Source: Carcharhinus longimanus (lineage: Eukaryota). From it: a stretch of 64,000 bases of DNA. The translations under genes were made by a program, and so were the position numbers. Below are positions 38,300-49,929 of this stretch, one piece after another; position 1 is the first letter of the stretch, and each line of letters starts with the position of its first letter. The DNA lies in assembly GCA_030264375.1 (NCBI GenBank), contig JASCQW010000027.1, positions 80,674,182-80,738,181 on the forward strand, written 5' to 3'. Under the pieces are notes generated by a model. It did not search any database. It was not told the origin of the DNA and saw only the letters and a list, made by a program, of their open reading frames with translations.

Positions 38300-38670
38300 C
38301 TCTCCAGTAATTAGGTGCCACGATCAAGGCTAATACTCCAGTCCAGTACTGAGGGTGTGTTGTATTATTGGTGGTGTGCTGTCTGAGAGATTGAAACTAC
38401 ACCCTATCTGCCTGTGCTAGTGGGTGTGAAGGGTCCCATGGTGCTATTTTGAAGAATTATCTCCATGACCTGGTCAAAGTTCATCTCTCAATCAACGTCA
38501 TAAACACAGATTATCTGGTCATATCACTTTTTCTGAGAGTTTGCTGTGTGCAAAATTGACTCATATTTCCGGCATTATATATCAGTTACAACACTTCAAA
38601 AGTACATCATTGGTTGTAAAGCAATTTGAGTCAAGAGGAGTGATGGATAAGTGCAAATCCTTCTTTCTTC
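38300..38670 (+). mobile_element. Deu-domain SINE (SacSINE1/AmnSINE1-like)
   Basis: CTCCAGTCCAGTACTGAGGG..GTCCCATGGTGCTATTTTGAAGAA..CAGATTATCTGGTCAT..CACTTCAAAAGTAC.TCATTGG.TGTAAAGC. Confidence 0.75.
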
Positions 38671-40621
38671 CAAAGAGCATTCATATCCAAAATCTTTGTT
38701 CTCTCCACAGATATTGCCTGACAATCTGAATGGTTCCAGCATTATGCAAGAGTTATTCAACGCATACAATTTGTATCAATGAATCACAAGAACACCATAA
38801 TGGTGGATAGCTGTTATAACCAATGGGAACCAATAGGAACATACTGTGAGGATCAGCTGTCCCAATAGGCAACATAATAAATGGCAAAATGATGTGATGA
38901 TCAGCTGACTAGCTGATCTGGTATAAATAGAAAGTAGATTGGGGGAGCATTTGTGGCCCAGCATATAGCTCAAGTAGTGGTGTAATTAAGTTTCTTTATT
39001 AAACCTTTACTTTGTGAAATTAGTTCCTTCACTGCTTGCCATTGGAGCATCCTTACTGCCCAATGAATATAGTTATCAAAATTTAAGAAACAAAATGTAC
39101 TAAAAGAGAAGTTAGAAGGTAATTTGCACCTTTAATTTATCTCACCTACGCAATAAGCAACAAAGCTATCTTTAACAATAAAAGAAACATGAAATATGTT
39201 AATCTTGTTGACATGAAACAATGACTTATGTTATGGCTTCAATAATGTGATTTAAATGTTGTGTACAGGAGGTATGGTGACGTGTGCATGATTAATAGTC
39301 ACAGCATGGACTTAAGGTAGTTGCACAGATGGTTTTGAAGAGCACATTTGTTTAGCTTTTAAGATCCTTCCCTTTCATTACTGTGAGCACTTGGATTTGA
39401 AACTTAAAACTCATTTTAAAAATATTGACTAGAATTCTTCATACCTCCATCATTTCCTCTTAATGTTTCACATTTCCAGCATTCATAAACTTCCTTTCAG
39501 TTCAAAGGCTGTGGAATGGGATTGCAAAGCAATGAATCCATGCAAGTGAGGACTTTAACAATAATTGATAATTTTTTTGAATTTCCAAATAAGCGATGGT
39601 TTCTACTGGCTTTGCAGAGAAATTTAACTGCAGTTTGATAAGAAGAAGTCTTTGTTTTTGCCATGTAATTCAAATGGATAATAGACATGATTTTATTGAT
39701 GGGGTTTGCTGTCTCCATCCAATGTGTCATTGTACCAAGAACCATCAGTTTTTTCTTTCCCAGAACTGAATTTGGTTGACGTTTGATGTTGTAGATACTG
39801 CCCTGTATGACCAAGTGAGATGAAAACAGATGCTGCTGCAGTCCTCAGTAAAAGAGATGCTCTGTGAGACACAATTCCTGCTGATAGCCAGTGACTAGAT
39901 TTCTTTTGACACGCTGAGCCAATTTTCACCTACAAGAAATGATGCATGTGAAATCCATTTCTTAATCATTCCACCCTGTAGGTTGTGTCGAGTATGTGTA
40001 AAATGTCCCCTCCTACTGTTCTGATGTATTTCTTAATTCTTATATGACTGGTGATAAATGCTTGCTGCTACCAAAGACTTTTTTTGGGGGGGGTTGGGAT
40101 GAAGCTTTGTTTTTAAGTGGATTAAGTAGGATGAGGGAGGGGAACAAAAAGTTTCAGTTAATACATCTTGTGAGGACTGGAGCAGAAAATAACAAAATGT
40201 AAAATGGAAAGAGGAAAATGTAAAGTCATGTAAATGTATACATTTAACATTGCGAGGAAGAAGAGATTTGATTGATGCAGTGAACAGACTTGACGGAAGC
40301 AACATTCGTGGCAGACATTGGAAAGGTTATTACAAAAATCGTGAGAGGCATTGATCATTCAATTTTCACTTGCTCACACTGAGAGGAATATAATAAAGTG
40401 TACAGTACAGAAGCATATTTAAATGGGAAAGATTCAAGCAGAAACAATATTGTAATGGTGATTAGCAGTGGCCCGCCTGAGTGGCACCATCTAAACAAAA
40501 ACAAACACTTCAGCTGCAACAGGCAACCAATACATATTACTGAAGACAGGCCTGAAATGTATATCTTTTAGGTTTACATTAGCAAACAAATGCTTTACTG
40601 CCCGGGTGAGTAAATGAAAGA

Positions 40622-41145
40622 AAAAAACAAAGAAAATTACAGCACAGGAACAGACCCTTCAAGCCTGCACCGACCATGCTGTCTGACTGCCCTTTTGGGG
40701 ACTATATCCCTCCATTTCCAGACTTCCCTTAAAAGTCACTATCGTATCCGCTTCTGGTACCTCCCCCGGCAGCGGGTTCCAGACACCCACCACCCTCTGT
40801 AAGAAGAAAACTTGCCTCATACATTTCCTTTAAATCTTGCCCCTTGCACCTTAAACTTATGCCCCCTAGTAATTGACTCTTCCACTCTTGGAAAAAGCTT
40901 TTGACTCTCCACTCTGTCCATGCCCCTCATAATCTTGTGTACCTTTATCAGGTCTCTCCTCAACCTCCGTTGTTACAGTGTGAACAAACCAAGTTTCTCC
41001 AACCTCTCCTCATAGCTAATGCCCTCCAACCAGGCAACATCTTGGTAAATATTTTCTGTACCCTCTCCACATCTTTCTGGTAGGGTGGTGACCAGAATTG
41101 AACACTATAGTCCAAGTGAGGCCTAACTAAGTTTTTATAAAGCTG
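40622..41145 (-). mobile_element. CR1 LINE 3' part (continues at 44161)
   Basis: Reverse-strand CR1 C-terminus and a CTGTAATTTTCTTTG tail; breaks at the TSD TATAAAGCTG. Confidence 0.88.
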
Positions 41146-44100
41146 TCCTTGACCTGCTGCAATGTTCCAGTGAAGCTCAACGCAAAGTGGAGGAACAGCA
41201 TCTCATTTTCCTGCTAGGTACTTTACAGCCTTTTGGCTTCAACATTGAATTCAGCAACTTCAGATCATATGCTCTACACCACCTCGACCCCTTTGTTTTC
41301 ATTTTCTCGACCTTTTATTTCTTTATTGTCTTTCTTCATTTTTCTTCTCCCCCACTCTTTTCCATACCTGATCCCCCCCCACCTTTGCTNNNNNNNNNNN
41401 NNNNNNNNNNNNNNNNNNNNNNNNNNNNNNNNNNNNNNNNNNNNNNNNNNNNNNNNNNNNNNNNNNNNNNNNNNNNNNNNNNNNNNNNNNNNNNNNNNNN
41501 NNNNNNNNNNNNNNNNNNNNNNNNNNNNNNNNNNNNNNNNNNNNNNNNNNNNNNNNNNNNNNNNNNNNNNNNNNNNNNNNNNNNNNNNNNNNNNNNNNNN
41601 NNNNNNNNNNNNNNNNNNNNNNNNNNNNNNNNNNNNNNNNNNNNNNNNNNNNNNNNNNNNNNNNNNNNNNNNNNNNNNNNNNNNNNNNNNNNNNNNNNNN
41701 NNNNNNNNNNNNNNNNNNNNNNNNNNNNNNNNNGACAATTACCTGCCCTCGATCTTTTCATTGGGAACTGTCAACGGGACATTGGCTGTTGTAATTTTTC
41801 TGACCCCTCACCCATTCCAACCTCTTTCCTCCTGAACTTTCCACCCTTTGCTCCCTCAGGTCCAACCTTGACATTGTCATCAAACCTGTCAACAAAGCAG
41901 GTGGTGTTGTCACCTGGTGTTCTGACCTCCACCTCGCAAAGGCTGAGTGCCAACTCTCAGATACTTCCTCCTACCTCCCCCTGGACCATGACCTCACCAC
42001 TGAACATCATGCCACTATCTTCAACACAGTCACAAACCTCATTTCCTCTGGATGCCTTCCATCCACAGCTTCCAACCTCATAGTCTCAAACGCTGGACAG
42101 ACCGCTTCTATCTACTTCCCAAAATCCATAAAAAAGACTATATTGGTAGGCCCATTGTGTCAACATGCTCCTGCCTCAAGGAACTTATTCCCTCTTATCT
42201 TGACACCATCCTCACTCCTCTGGTTTATTCCTTCCCCACCTACATCCGGGATTCCTCTGATGCTCTGTGTCATATTGACAGCTTCCAGTTCATAGGCCCT
42301 AACCGCCTCCTATTCACCATGGATGTGCAATCTCTCTACACCTCCATCCCTCACCAGGACGGTCTATAAGTTCTTTGCTTCTTTTTGGAAAAGAGGCCTG
42401 AACAATTCCCATCTATCACCACTCTCCTCCACCTGGCTGAGCTTGTTCTATATCTCAACAATTTCTCTTTTAACTCATCTCACTTTCTTCAGATCAAAGG
42501 AGTAGCAATGGGTACCCGCATGGGTCCAAGCTATACTTGACTTTTCATGGGGTATGTGGAACATTCCTTGTTCTAGCCCTACCCAAGTCCCCTCCCACAA
42601 TCCTTTACCAGTACATCAATAGCGATTTTGGTGCCACTTCACGCTCTTGTCCAGAGCTCAAAGTTCATCAACTTCGCTTCCAGTTTCCAACCCTCCATCA
42701 CCTTCACCTGGTCCATCTCAGACACTTCCCTTCCCCTCCTTGAACTTTTGGCTTTCATTTCCAGCAATAGACGATCTAACACTATCCATTATAAGCTCAC
42801 TGACTCCCACAGCTATCTAGATTACAGCTCTTTACACCCCACATCCTGTACNNNNNNNNNNTTCTCTCAGCTCCTTCACTTTTGTCATACTTGTTCCAAT
42901 GATACCACTTTCCAAAGTGATGCATCTAATATGTGCTCCAACTTCTTCAACCATGGATTCCCTTTACAGTTGTTGACAGAGTCCTCAACAACGTGTGGTC
43001 CATCTCCTGTGCCATGGCCCTCATCCCCTTCCCTCCCTCCCAGAACAAGGATAGAGTCCCCCTTGTTCTCATATTTCACCCCTCCAGCCTCCGCATGCAA
43101 TGCAAAATCCTCCACCATTTTCGTGAACTCCAGCATGATGCCACCACCAAACACATCTTCCCTTCACTCCCTCTGTCAGCATTTCGTAGAGATCGTTTCC
43201 TCTGGGATAACCTAGTCCACTCCTCCACTATGCCCAACACCTCCGCCGTCACTCCTGGCACTTCCCATGCAATCACAGAAGGTGTAACACTTATCCCTTT
43301 ACCTCTCCTATGCTTACCATCCAAAACCCAAAACACTCATTCCAGATTAAGCAACACTCCACTTGCACCTCTTTCAATTTGGTGTATTGCATTCACTGCT
43401 CCCAGTGTGGTCTCCTCTGTATCGGAAGGACCAAGCGTAGACTGGTGATCACTTTGCTGAGCACCTTCGGTCTGTGAGCAATCAGGACCCTGACCTTCCA
43501 GTTGCTTGCCATTTTAACACATCATCCTGCTCCCATGCCCACATGTCCGTCCTCAGTCTGCTGCAATATTCCAGTGAAGCTCAACACAAACTGGAGGAAC
43601 AGCATCTCATTTTCTGACTAGGCACTTTACAGCCTTCCGGTCTCAACATCGAATTCAACAGCTTCAGATGATTTGCTCTATCCCTCCTCGATCCCTTTGT
43701 TTTCATTTAATTTATTTTTACTGTTCTCGATCTTTTATTTCTTTATTGTCTTTCTTCATTTTTCTTCTCCCCACCACTCTTTCCCCTACTTGATCCCCCC
43801 TTTCCTTACCTTTGCTTCCCTTTCCCCGCTTTTTTAATTTTACCTCCCTCCTATCCATTTCCTTCCCCTCTTCCCCAACATCTTCATCTGTCACAGTTTA
43901 CCCTCTGGTTTCAGCTTTTCTGCTGTTTGCCTATTCACACACTTTATTCTCTCTATGGACTGCCATTAGCAGTCCTTTATCCTGATTTCTGTGGTTATGA
44001 ATCATCTTTCATTCCCTCTTCCTGCAGTATGCATATCTCCCACTTTCTATGCCTTTTAGCTTTGACAAAGGGTCGTCTGGATTCAAAATGTCAGGTCTTT

Positions 44101-44160
44101 TCTCTCCTTATAGAGCTGCCAGATCTGATGAGATTTCCCAGCGTTTTCTCTTTTGGTTTC
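41146..44160 (+). mobile_element. Penelope-like retroelement, near full length, decayed (RT + GIY-YIG endonuclease, pseudo-LTRs)
   Basis: RT motifs FYLLPKIHK..GRPIVS, TMDVQSLYTSIPH, GVAMGTRMGPSY. GIY-YIG region VYCIHCSQCGLLCIGRTKR..EHLRSV..PVACHFN..EQHLIF.LGTLQP.GLNIEF. Direct repeat 41155-41389 versus 43558-43810. 10-bp TSD TATAAAGCTG (41136-41145) and TATAAAACTG (44161-44170). Many frameshifts and stops. Confidence 0.93.
44058..44096 (+). ncRNA. Decayed minimal type I hammerhead ribozyme in the PLE 3' pseudo-LTR
   Basis: AGCT-TTGACAA-A-GGGTC-GTCTG-GATTC-AAAA-TGTC-AGGT. G12 has changed to A (CpG-type decay), so it is probably inactive. Confidence 0.65.
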
Positions 44161-45200
44161 TATAAAACTGCAACATGACTTGCCAATTTTTTAACTCAAT
44201 GTCCAGGCCGATGAATGTAAGCATGCTGTATGCCTTCTTGACCACCTTCTCCACTTGTGTTGCCACTTTCAATGACCTGTGTACCTGAAACTCAGATCCC
44301 TCTGCCTATCAATGCTCTTAAGGGTTCTGCCACTTATATATTTCCTATCTGTGTTAGTCCGTCCAAAATGCATTACCTCACATTTGTCCAGATTAAACCC
44401 CGTCTGCCATCTCTCTGCCCAAATCTCCAACTGATCTATATCCTGCTGTATCTTCTGATAGTTATCATCACTATCTGCAAATCCGCCAATCTTTGTGTCA
44501 TCCACAAACTTACTAATTAAACCAGTTACATTTTCCTCAAAACCATTTATACTTACATACAACAAAGGTCCCAGCACTGATCCCTGAGGAANNNNNNNNN
44601 NNNNNNNNNNNNNNNNNNNNNNNNNNNNNNNNNNNNNNNNNNNNNNNNNNNNNNNNNNNNNNNNNNNNNNNNNNNNNNNNNNNNNNNNNNNNNNNNNNNN
44701 NNNNNNNNNNNNNNNNNNNNNNNNNNNNNNNNNNNNNNNNNNNNNNNNNNNNNNNNNNNNNNNNNNNNNNNNNNNNNNNNNNNNNNNNNNNCTTCCTCGA
44801 AAAACTCGATCAAGCTAGTGAGACATGACCTCCCCTTCACAAAACCATGTTGCCTCTCACTAATACATACATTTATTTCCAAGTGGGAGTAAATCCTGCA
44901 TCGAAGAATCCTCTCCAGTAATTTCCCTACCAGTGACATAAGGCTAATGGGCCTGCAATTAACCTGGATTATCCTTACTACTTTTCTTAAACAGAGGGAC
45001 AACATTGGCTATTCTCCAGTCCTCTGGGATCTCCCCTGCAGCCAGTGAGGATACAAAGATTTTTCTGAAGAACCCGACAATTTCCTCCCTTGCCTCTCTC
45101 AGTATTCTGGGCCTGGTGACTTGTCTACCTTGATCTCTCTCAAGATCCCCAATACCTCCTCCTCTTTGATCGCAACATAACTCAAACTATCTACACAAAG
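44161..45200 (-). mobile_element. CR1 LINE RT region (continuation of 40622-41145)
   Basis: ORFs encode LGPLL..IN..LISKFVDDTKIGG..FNLDKCEVMHFG and NCRPISLMSLVGKLLERIL..QHGFVKGRSCLTSLIEFFE. Confidence 0.93.
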
Positions 45201-45804
45201 ACTTTGCTTTTCCAAAGAATTTGGAAAAGAATTACAAGAATTTCCCTTGCAACAATCATTTCTATCTGAAACGTGAGTCTTACACAGATGGGGTGAAGGA
45301 GATTTTACGTATGCCCACCCTCTCCAATTTCATGTATGAAATTGGGTGATGGTGCGGGGGAGAATATAAAACAAAATCAGTGGCTAATCCTGCCCATCCC
45401 CGAACCACCCCCACTTTACAACGGGCAGATAAGGAGTCAACCAGCATGCCTGTATCTTACTCAGCTTATTGAGGCCTTGAAGTTCCCAAGAAAAAGACAA
45501 TTAAGAGCCTCTTTCCACCTTTACCACCATAAAATGATGGGCAGGGAAAGGAGGAAGCAAAGTAGCCAGCCTGCAATTTTCCCAACTTGTGGTAAAAGGC
45601 AGAAAATAGCATACCTCTTTGGGGGAAGGGGGCNNNNNNNNNNNNNNNNNNNNNNNNNNNNNNNNNNNNNNNNNNNNNNNNNNNNNNNNNNNNNNNNNNN
45701 NNNNNNNNNNNNNNNNNNNNNNNNNNNNNNNNNNNNNNNNNNNNNNNNNNNNNNNNNNNNNNNNNNNNNNNNNNNNNNNNNNNNNNNNNNNNNNNNNNNN
45801 NNNN

Positions 45805-46620
45805 ATTCTCCCAAAAATATTGTGTTGAATTTGCGTAAAAACTAAATTAAATCACACTGATATTTTTTCAGCTGGAGTTTCAAAATGGATCTCCCACGCT
45901 TTGTACATTGCAGAGTGCCTCAGCATGAATAACACTGAAAATCAGTGGGCCTATTCCCAGTGGAAAGACTGGCAGCATAGTATTTATCAGGCCACTATAC
46001 ATATACCGATCTGTCAGCGCCAAGATTAGCGCATGCGCAGCAGCCCCACTTTGCTGGCTTCCTCATCACTTTACAGCCCAATTGCTGGCCCCTTGAACAT
46101 GTCCAGGGCAGCCCCTCAGCCCACCTCAAAGTCTCGATTTTCTCTCTCCCCACCCTCAGCAGGCCCAGTGCAGATTGGCAGCAGGACCCTCTACCCCCAC
46201 TCAAGACCCCATCACCTTGGCACTGCCTAATACCCTGTGGGTAGTGCCAAGATGCCCCCTAACAGTGCCAAGGTGGCAATGCCCAGGGAGCACCCCCCCG
46301 GCACCCAACCCTTTGAGGGGGGGGGGGCCTCGATTGCATCCTCTCCTTCACTCCAGTGGGGTCAGCTGCCAGCTCCCTGCAAGTGGGGAGCTATACTAAA
46401 CCCTGCTGGAATGAGCCCGGGCGGTGGGAAAATGTGTGGGGGGGGTGGGGGGGGGACTAGCAGACTTGGAGACCTTCAGCCCCGTACCTTCTAATGAAAA
46501 GCAAATACAATTTAGAATCTCATTTAAATAAATTATGCAGCCCTGCTGCAGAAACTAGCGTGGAGTTGACGGTGTCAGAAATTCGGCTGCCAGAGATGCG
46601 ACCAGGTTGTGGAGCCCACA
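45805..46620. mobile_element. GC-rich MITE-like element related to 7625-8835, apparently nested in another GC-rich element (45290-47003)
   Basis: Shared start ATTCTCCCAAAAAT and shared interior motifs. The outer element ends AAATTCACCCC at about 47001. Confidence 0.5.
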
Positions 46621-47013
46621 AAAAACAGCCTCTGCTTGAGTCTCCCAGCCTGCTGCGCCACAAAGGCAGCACAATGGGCTCGAGAACTTCCCATGTATCC
46701 ATGTTCCTTCTTGTCAGGGCTCAATGTAGTCCCTGTATGTGCCACTACTGCACTCTGGCACTGCTGGACTACTCAGCTGTTGGCCAATCAGATTGGCCAA
46801 TTAGTTCTCGAGGGTGGAACTTCCTGTCCCTATGGGGCAGAGGTCTCGCTCTCACCTTCTTAAGCCCGCCTGCTGCACACTATCACTGTGTGGAAGCCCT
46901 TTTTAAAGTCACCGAGCCGCTGACTGACTTTTCTAGCAGGGAGCAAGCAATGTGCCCCACACCTACCCACCGCCCCCCCGCCCCCTTATAAAATTCACCC
47001 CAAAAGCGAATAT

Positions 47014-47187
47014 GAAAGTGCTGGAGAAAAGAGCAAGTTAGCTCCTAACATCAAGGATAGAAAAATGTAATATTTTGATCAAATCATCAGAGCAGACAGT
47101 AGTCAGAAATAATTACTGGAAGGAAAGATTAACAGAATACATAGGAGAGGGAGGCAGAGAAGGCAACGGATGGCAGATGAGGTTAAC
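47014..47187 (+). mobile_element. RTE-clade LINE C-terminal fragment
   Basis: Translates IKDRKM*YFDQIIRADSSQK*LLEGKINRIHRRGRQRRQRMAD, resembling the RTE C-terminal YFGHxxR...GKIEG.RRRGRQR..W.D motif. Confidence 0.7.
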
Positions 47188-47748
47188 TAATGAGTTAGAT
47201 TAATTTTCCACCTATCGATCATCTATATGCTCTGAGAGGTCAAGTCCATTCTGAACATTGGTGAAATATTGACAAGAAGCCAGAAATTCTGGAAGTTTCC
47301 AGCTTTTCACAGCTATTTATCAAAACCAGTGAATTGATGGTGGGCATTACAGATCGGTTAACTTGACATCTACATTTGGAGAAAGGTTCTTGGAAGCCAA
47401 GACTAACCGAATGTTATTTTCTGAAAGCAGAGCTGTGCATTGGGTAAACATGTTCATTCACAGCAGGTGCACACATGGGATGTTGAATAACAACAACTAA
47501 CATTGATGAAGCGCTTTCCGTGTAGTATACCAACTCGCTGGCACTTCACAGAAGCTCAGGCAAACAAAAAGTGGATGCTGAGATAAAGAAGGTGATATTA
47601 GGTAATTATTCGAAGGAGGGCAGAGAAGCATAAATACAGCATAGATGTGGCTACAGCAGAAGACAGCATTATAAAACAAACACAGGGAGACCAGCTGAAT
47701 AAGCATTGCCACAGCTAGCCCAAGAAATTACAGTTAAGTTAAAAAAAT

Positions 47749-47954
47749 GATAAAAACAAATTACTACAGATGCTGGAATCTGAAACCAAAAGAGAAAATG
47801 CTGGAAAATCTCAGCAGGTCTGCAGCATCTGTAAGGAGAGAAAAGAGCTGACGTTTCGAGTCCAGACGACCCTTTGTCAAAGCTTTTCTCTCTCTCTTTT
47901 CTCTCCTTACAGATGCTGCCAGATCTGCTGAGATTTTCCAGCATTTTCTCTTTT
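47749..47954. mobile_element. Fold-back PLE-derived mini-insertion (family A)
   Basis: Inverted arms 47788-47847 and 47894-47954 (one mismatch, one indel) enclose a hammerhead. Sequence matches 44058-44160 and 26790-27012. No clear TSD. Confidence 0.85.
47846..47884 (-). ncRNA. Minimal type I hammerhead ribozyme, complete core, U3:A8 variant
   Basis: Minus strand AGCU-UUGACAA-A-GGGUC-GUCUG-GACUC-GAAA-CGUC-AGCU: stem I AGCU/AGCU, 5-bp stem II, GAAA core, palindromic ACGU in place of stem III, GUC cleavage triplet. Confidence 0.75.
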
Positions 47955-48419
47955 AATTATCTAGGATAATTATTTAGGGTAATTAATTCAGAGGATCGAG
48001 TGGAGGACATTAACATGAAAGGAATCCATAGTTATATTAAATAGAAATCTGGTTTACAGAAATATTAAGTTGCGAACAAATAAAGAGATACTAAAGAGGT
48101 GAAGCATATACATTACATAAGGGGTATACACATGTTTATGTAAGTGGTGTCACATCTTTCCTGACAGCATAATCTATATGTATGACATGGAGATTGGGCA
48201 GAAGCGAAGAATCTGTTTTTTCTTTTACAGATAAATACACATGGATGTTCACAAGGTGGTGCTATTACGAACAGATTCTGAATTGAATGGCAGGAATGTT
48301 GAAGCTGATTGCAGGAAATGGCCAGTGACTGTTGTACATGAAGACAAGGAGTCTGTGAAGTCTGCAGGTAGAACAGACCTGACTGTGAAGCCACCGTTGA
48401 AGTTAAGCTGTCAGTACGT

Positions 48420-49327
48420 AGAGAAGCAGAGAGGTTCTGGGCCAGAACATGGGCTGCAGATTAGGAAAGAGGCTTGTAAGGATTTGGTCATGTAATTAGA
48501 TCACATTGTTGATGGTGAAGGATTGCATGAAACACCCAATAAGAAAGGAGCCATAATGAAGGTGCTGAGACCAGAAAACATTGCCCAGCTGAGGTATTTT
48601 CTGGGGCTCATAAGCTATTGTAGCAAATTTGTGCCTGCCTATGTGACAGTATTGAAACCTCTGTATTGTTGATGGCAGTGGGCACTGGAGTGTGAAAATG
48701 CTTGAAGGAGGCATTGAAAGAGTGCTGGTTCTTAGTCCATTTTAATCCCAAGTTATTGCTCCAGCTGGTCTGTGACGCATTGCTGTATGGCCTAGGACCA
48801 GTGATATCTTATGTGATGCCCAATGGACAAGAGAGACCCATCGCATTTGTGTCAAAATACCACTTGAAGATGGAAGAGATCTACGTGCAAATTGAGAAGG
48901 AGGCACTAAGCATCATTTTTGGCATTTCCAAGTTTCACCACTATCTGTTTGGCAGGAAGTTTGTTTTGCTGACAGACCACGGATCACTGACCAAGATTCT
49001 AGGACTGCACTTGGAGACTCCATCTATGGCCTCGGTTTAATTGTAGAAGTGGGTATTGATATTGTCAGGCCATTGTATGAAATTTGTTATTGCCAGTCAG
49101 ATCAACATACAAATGCAGATACCTTATCCAGGCTGCTGTTGCGTTGTCACAGAGAGGTTCTGAACGCAGTTTTCCAGATCATATATTTCTTGCAAGGTGA
49201 TAAGGTACCGATTTATAACTGCTAAGGTGAAAAAAGCTACAAGAAAAGACCCCATACTGAGTCAAGTAGACAACCTGGTCCACAAGGGGAGGATAAGACA
49301 ACTGAGGCCATATTTAAATCAGCAATG
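48420..49327 (+). mobile_element. Gypsy LTR retrotransposon pol fragment (RT end, RNase H), decayed
   Basis: QLRYFLGLISYCSKFVP; LVCDA..YGLG.VISYVMPNGQERPIAFVS..Y.QIEKEALSIIFGISKFHHYLFGRKFVLLTDH; HTNADTLSRL. Confidence 0.92.
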
Positions 49328-49560
49328 GGGGTAAAGCGATGGCTTAGTGGTATGATTGCTAGACTAATAATCCAAAAATGTTCTGGGGACCTGGGTCCGA
49401 ATCCCACCGTGGCAGATGGTGGAATATTTTTTCAATAAAAAATATTTGGAATTAAGAATCTACTGTTGACCATGAAACCATTTTCAATTGTCGGAAAAAC
49501 CCATCTGGTTCACTGCTATCTGTCCTTGTCTGGTCCGATGTACATGTGACTCCAGATCCA
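49328..49560 (+). mobile_element. tRNA-headed SINE, 5' part (3' part at 53812-53920)
   Basis: TGGCTTAGTGG A box, GGGTCCGAATCCC B box; related to 11565-11725. Breaks at AGATCCA. Confidence 0.75.
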
Positions 49561-49913
49561 TTGACTCTGTCTACACTTCCCACTGCCTTGGCAGTTCAGC
49601 CAGCATAATTAAGGACCCCACACACACTGGACATCCTCTCTTTCATCTTCTTCCATCAGGAAAAAGATACAAAAATCTGAGGTTACAAATCAACCGACTC
49701 AAGAACAGCTTCTTCCCTGCTGCTGTCAGACTTTTGAATGGATTTACCTTGCATTAAGTTGATCTTTCTTTACACTGTAGCTATGACATTAACACTACTT
49801 TCTGCACTCTCTCGTTTCCTTCTCTATGAACGGTATGTTTTGGTTGTACAGTGCTCAAGAAACAATACTTTTCACTGTATGTTAATATATGTGACAGTAA
49901 TCAATCAAATCAA
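49556..49913 (+). mobile_element. Rex1/Babar-like LINE 3' end
   Basis: SIDSVYTSHCL..ASIIKDPTHTGHPLFHLLPSGKRY..NRLKNSFFPAAVRLLN and an (AATCA)n tail. Confidence 0.85.
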
Positions 49914-49929
49914 ATTATAGGTACTATAG

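Noticed and set aside
41187-42083. Longest listed ORF (298 aa) and other X-filled ORFs (19885-20348, 45336-45845, 7328-7787)
   Set aside because: Their length comes from N runs, and frame across gaps is arbitrary.
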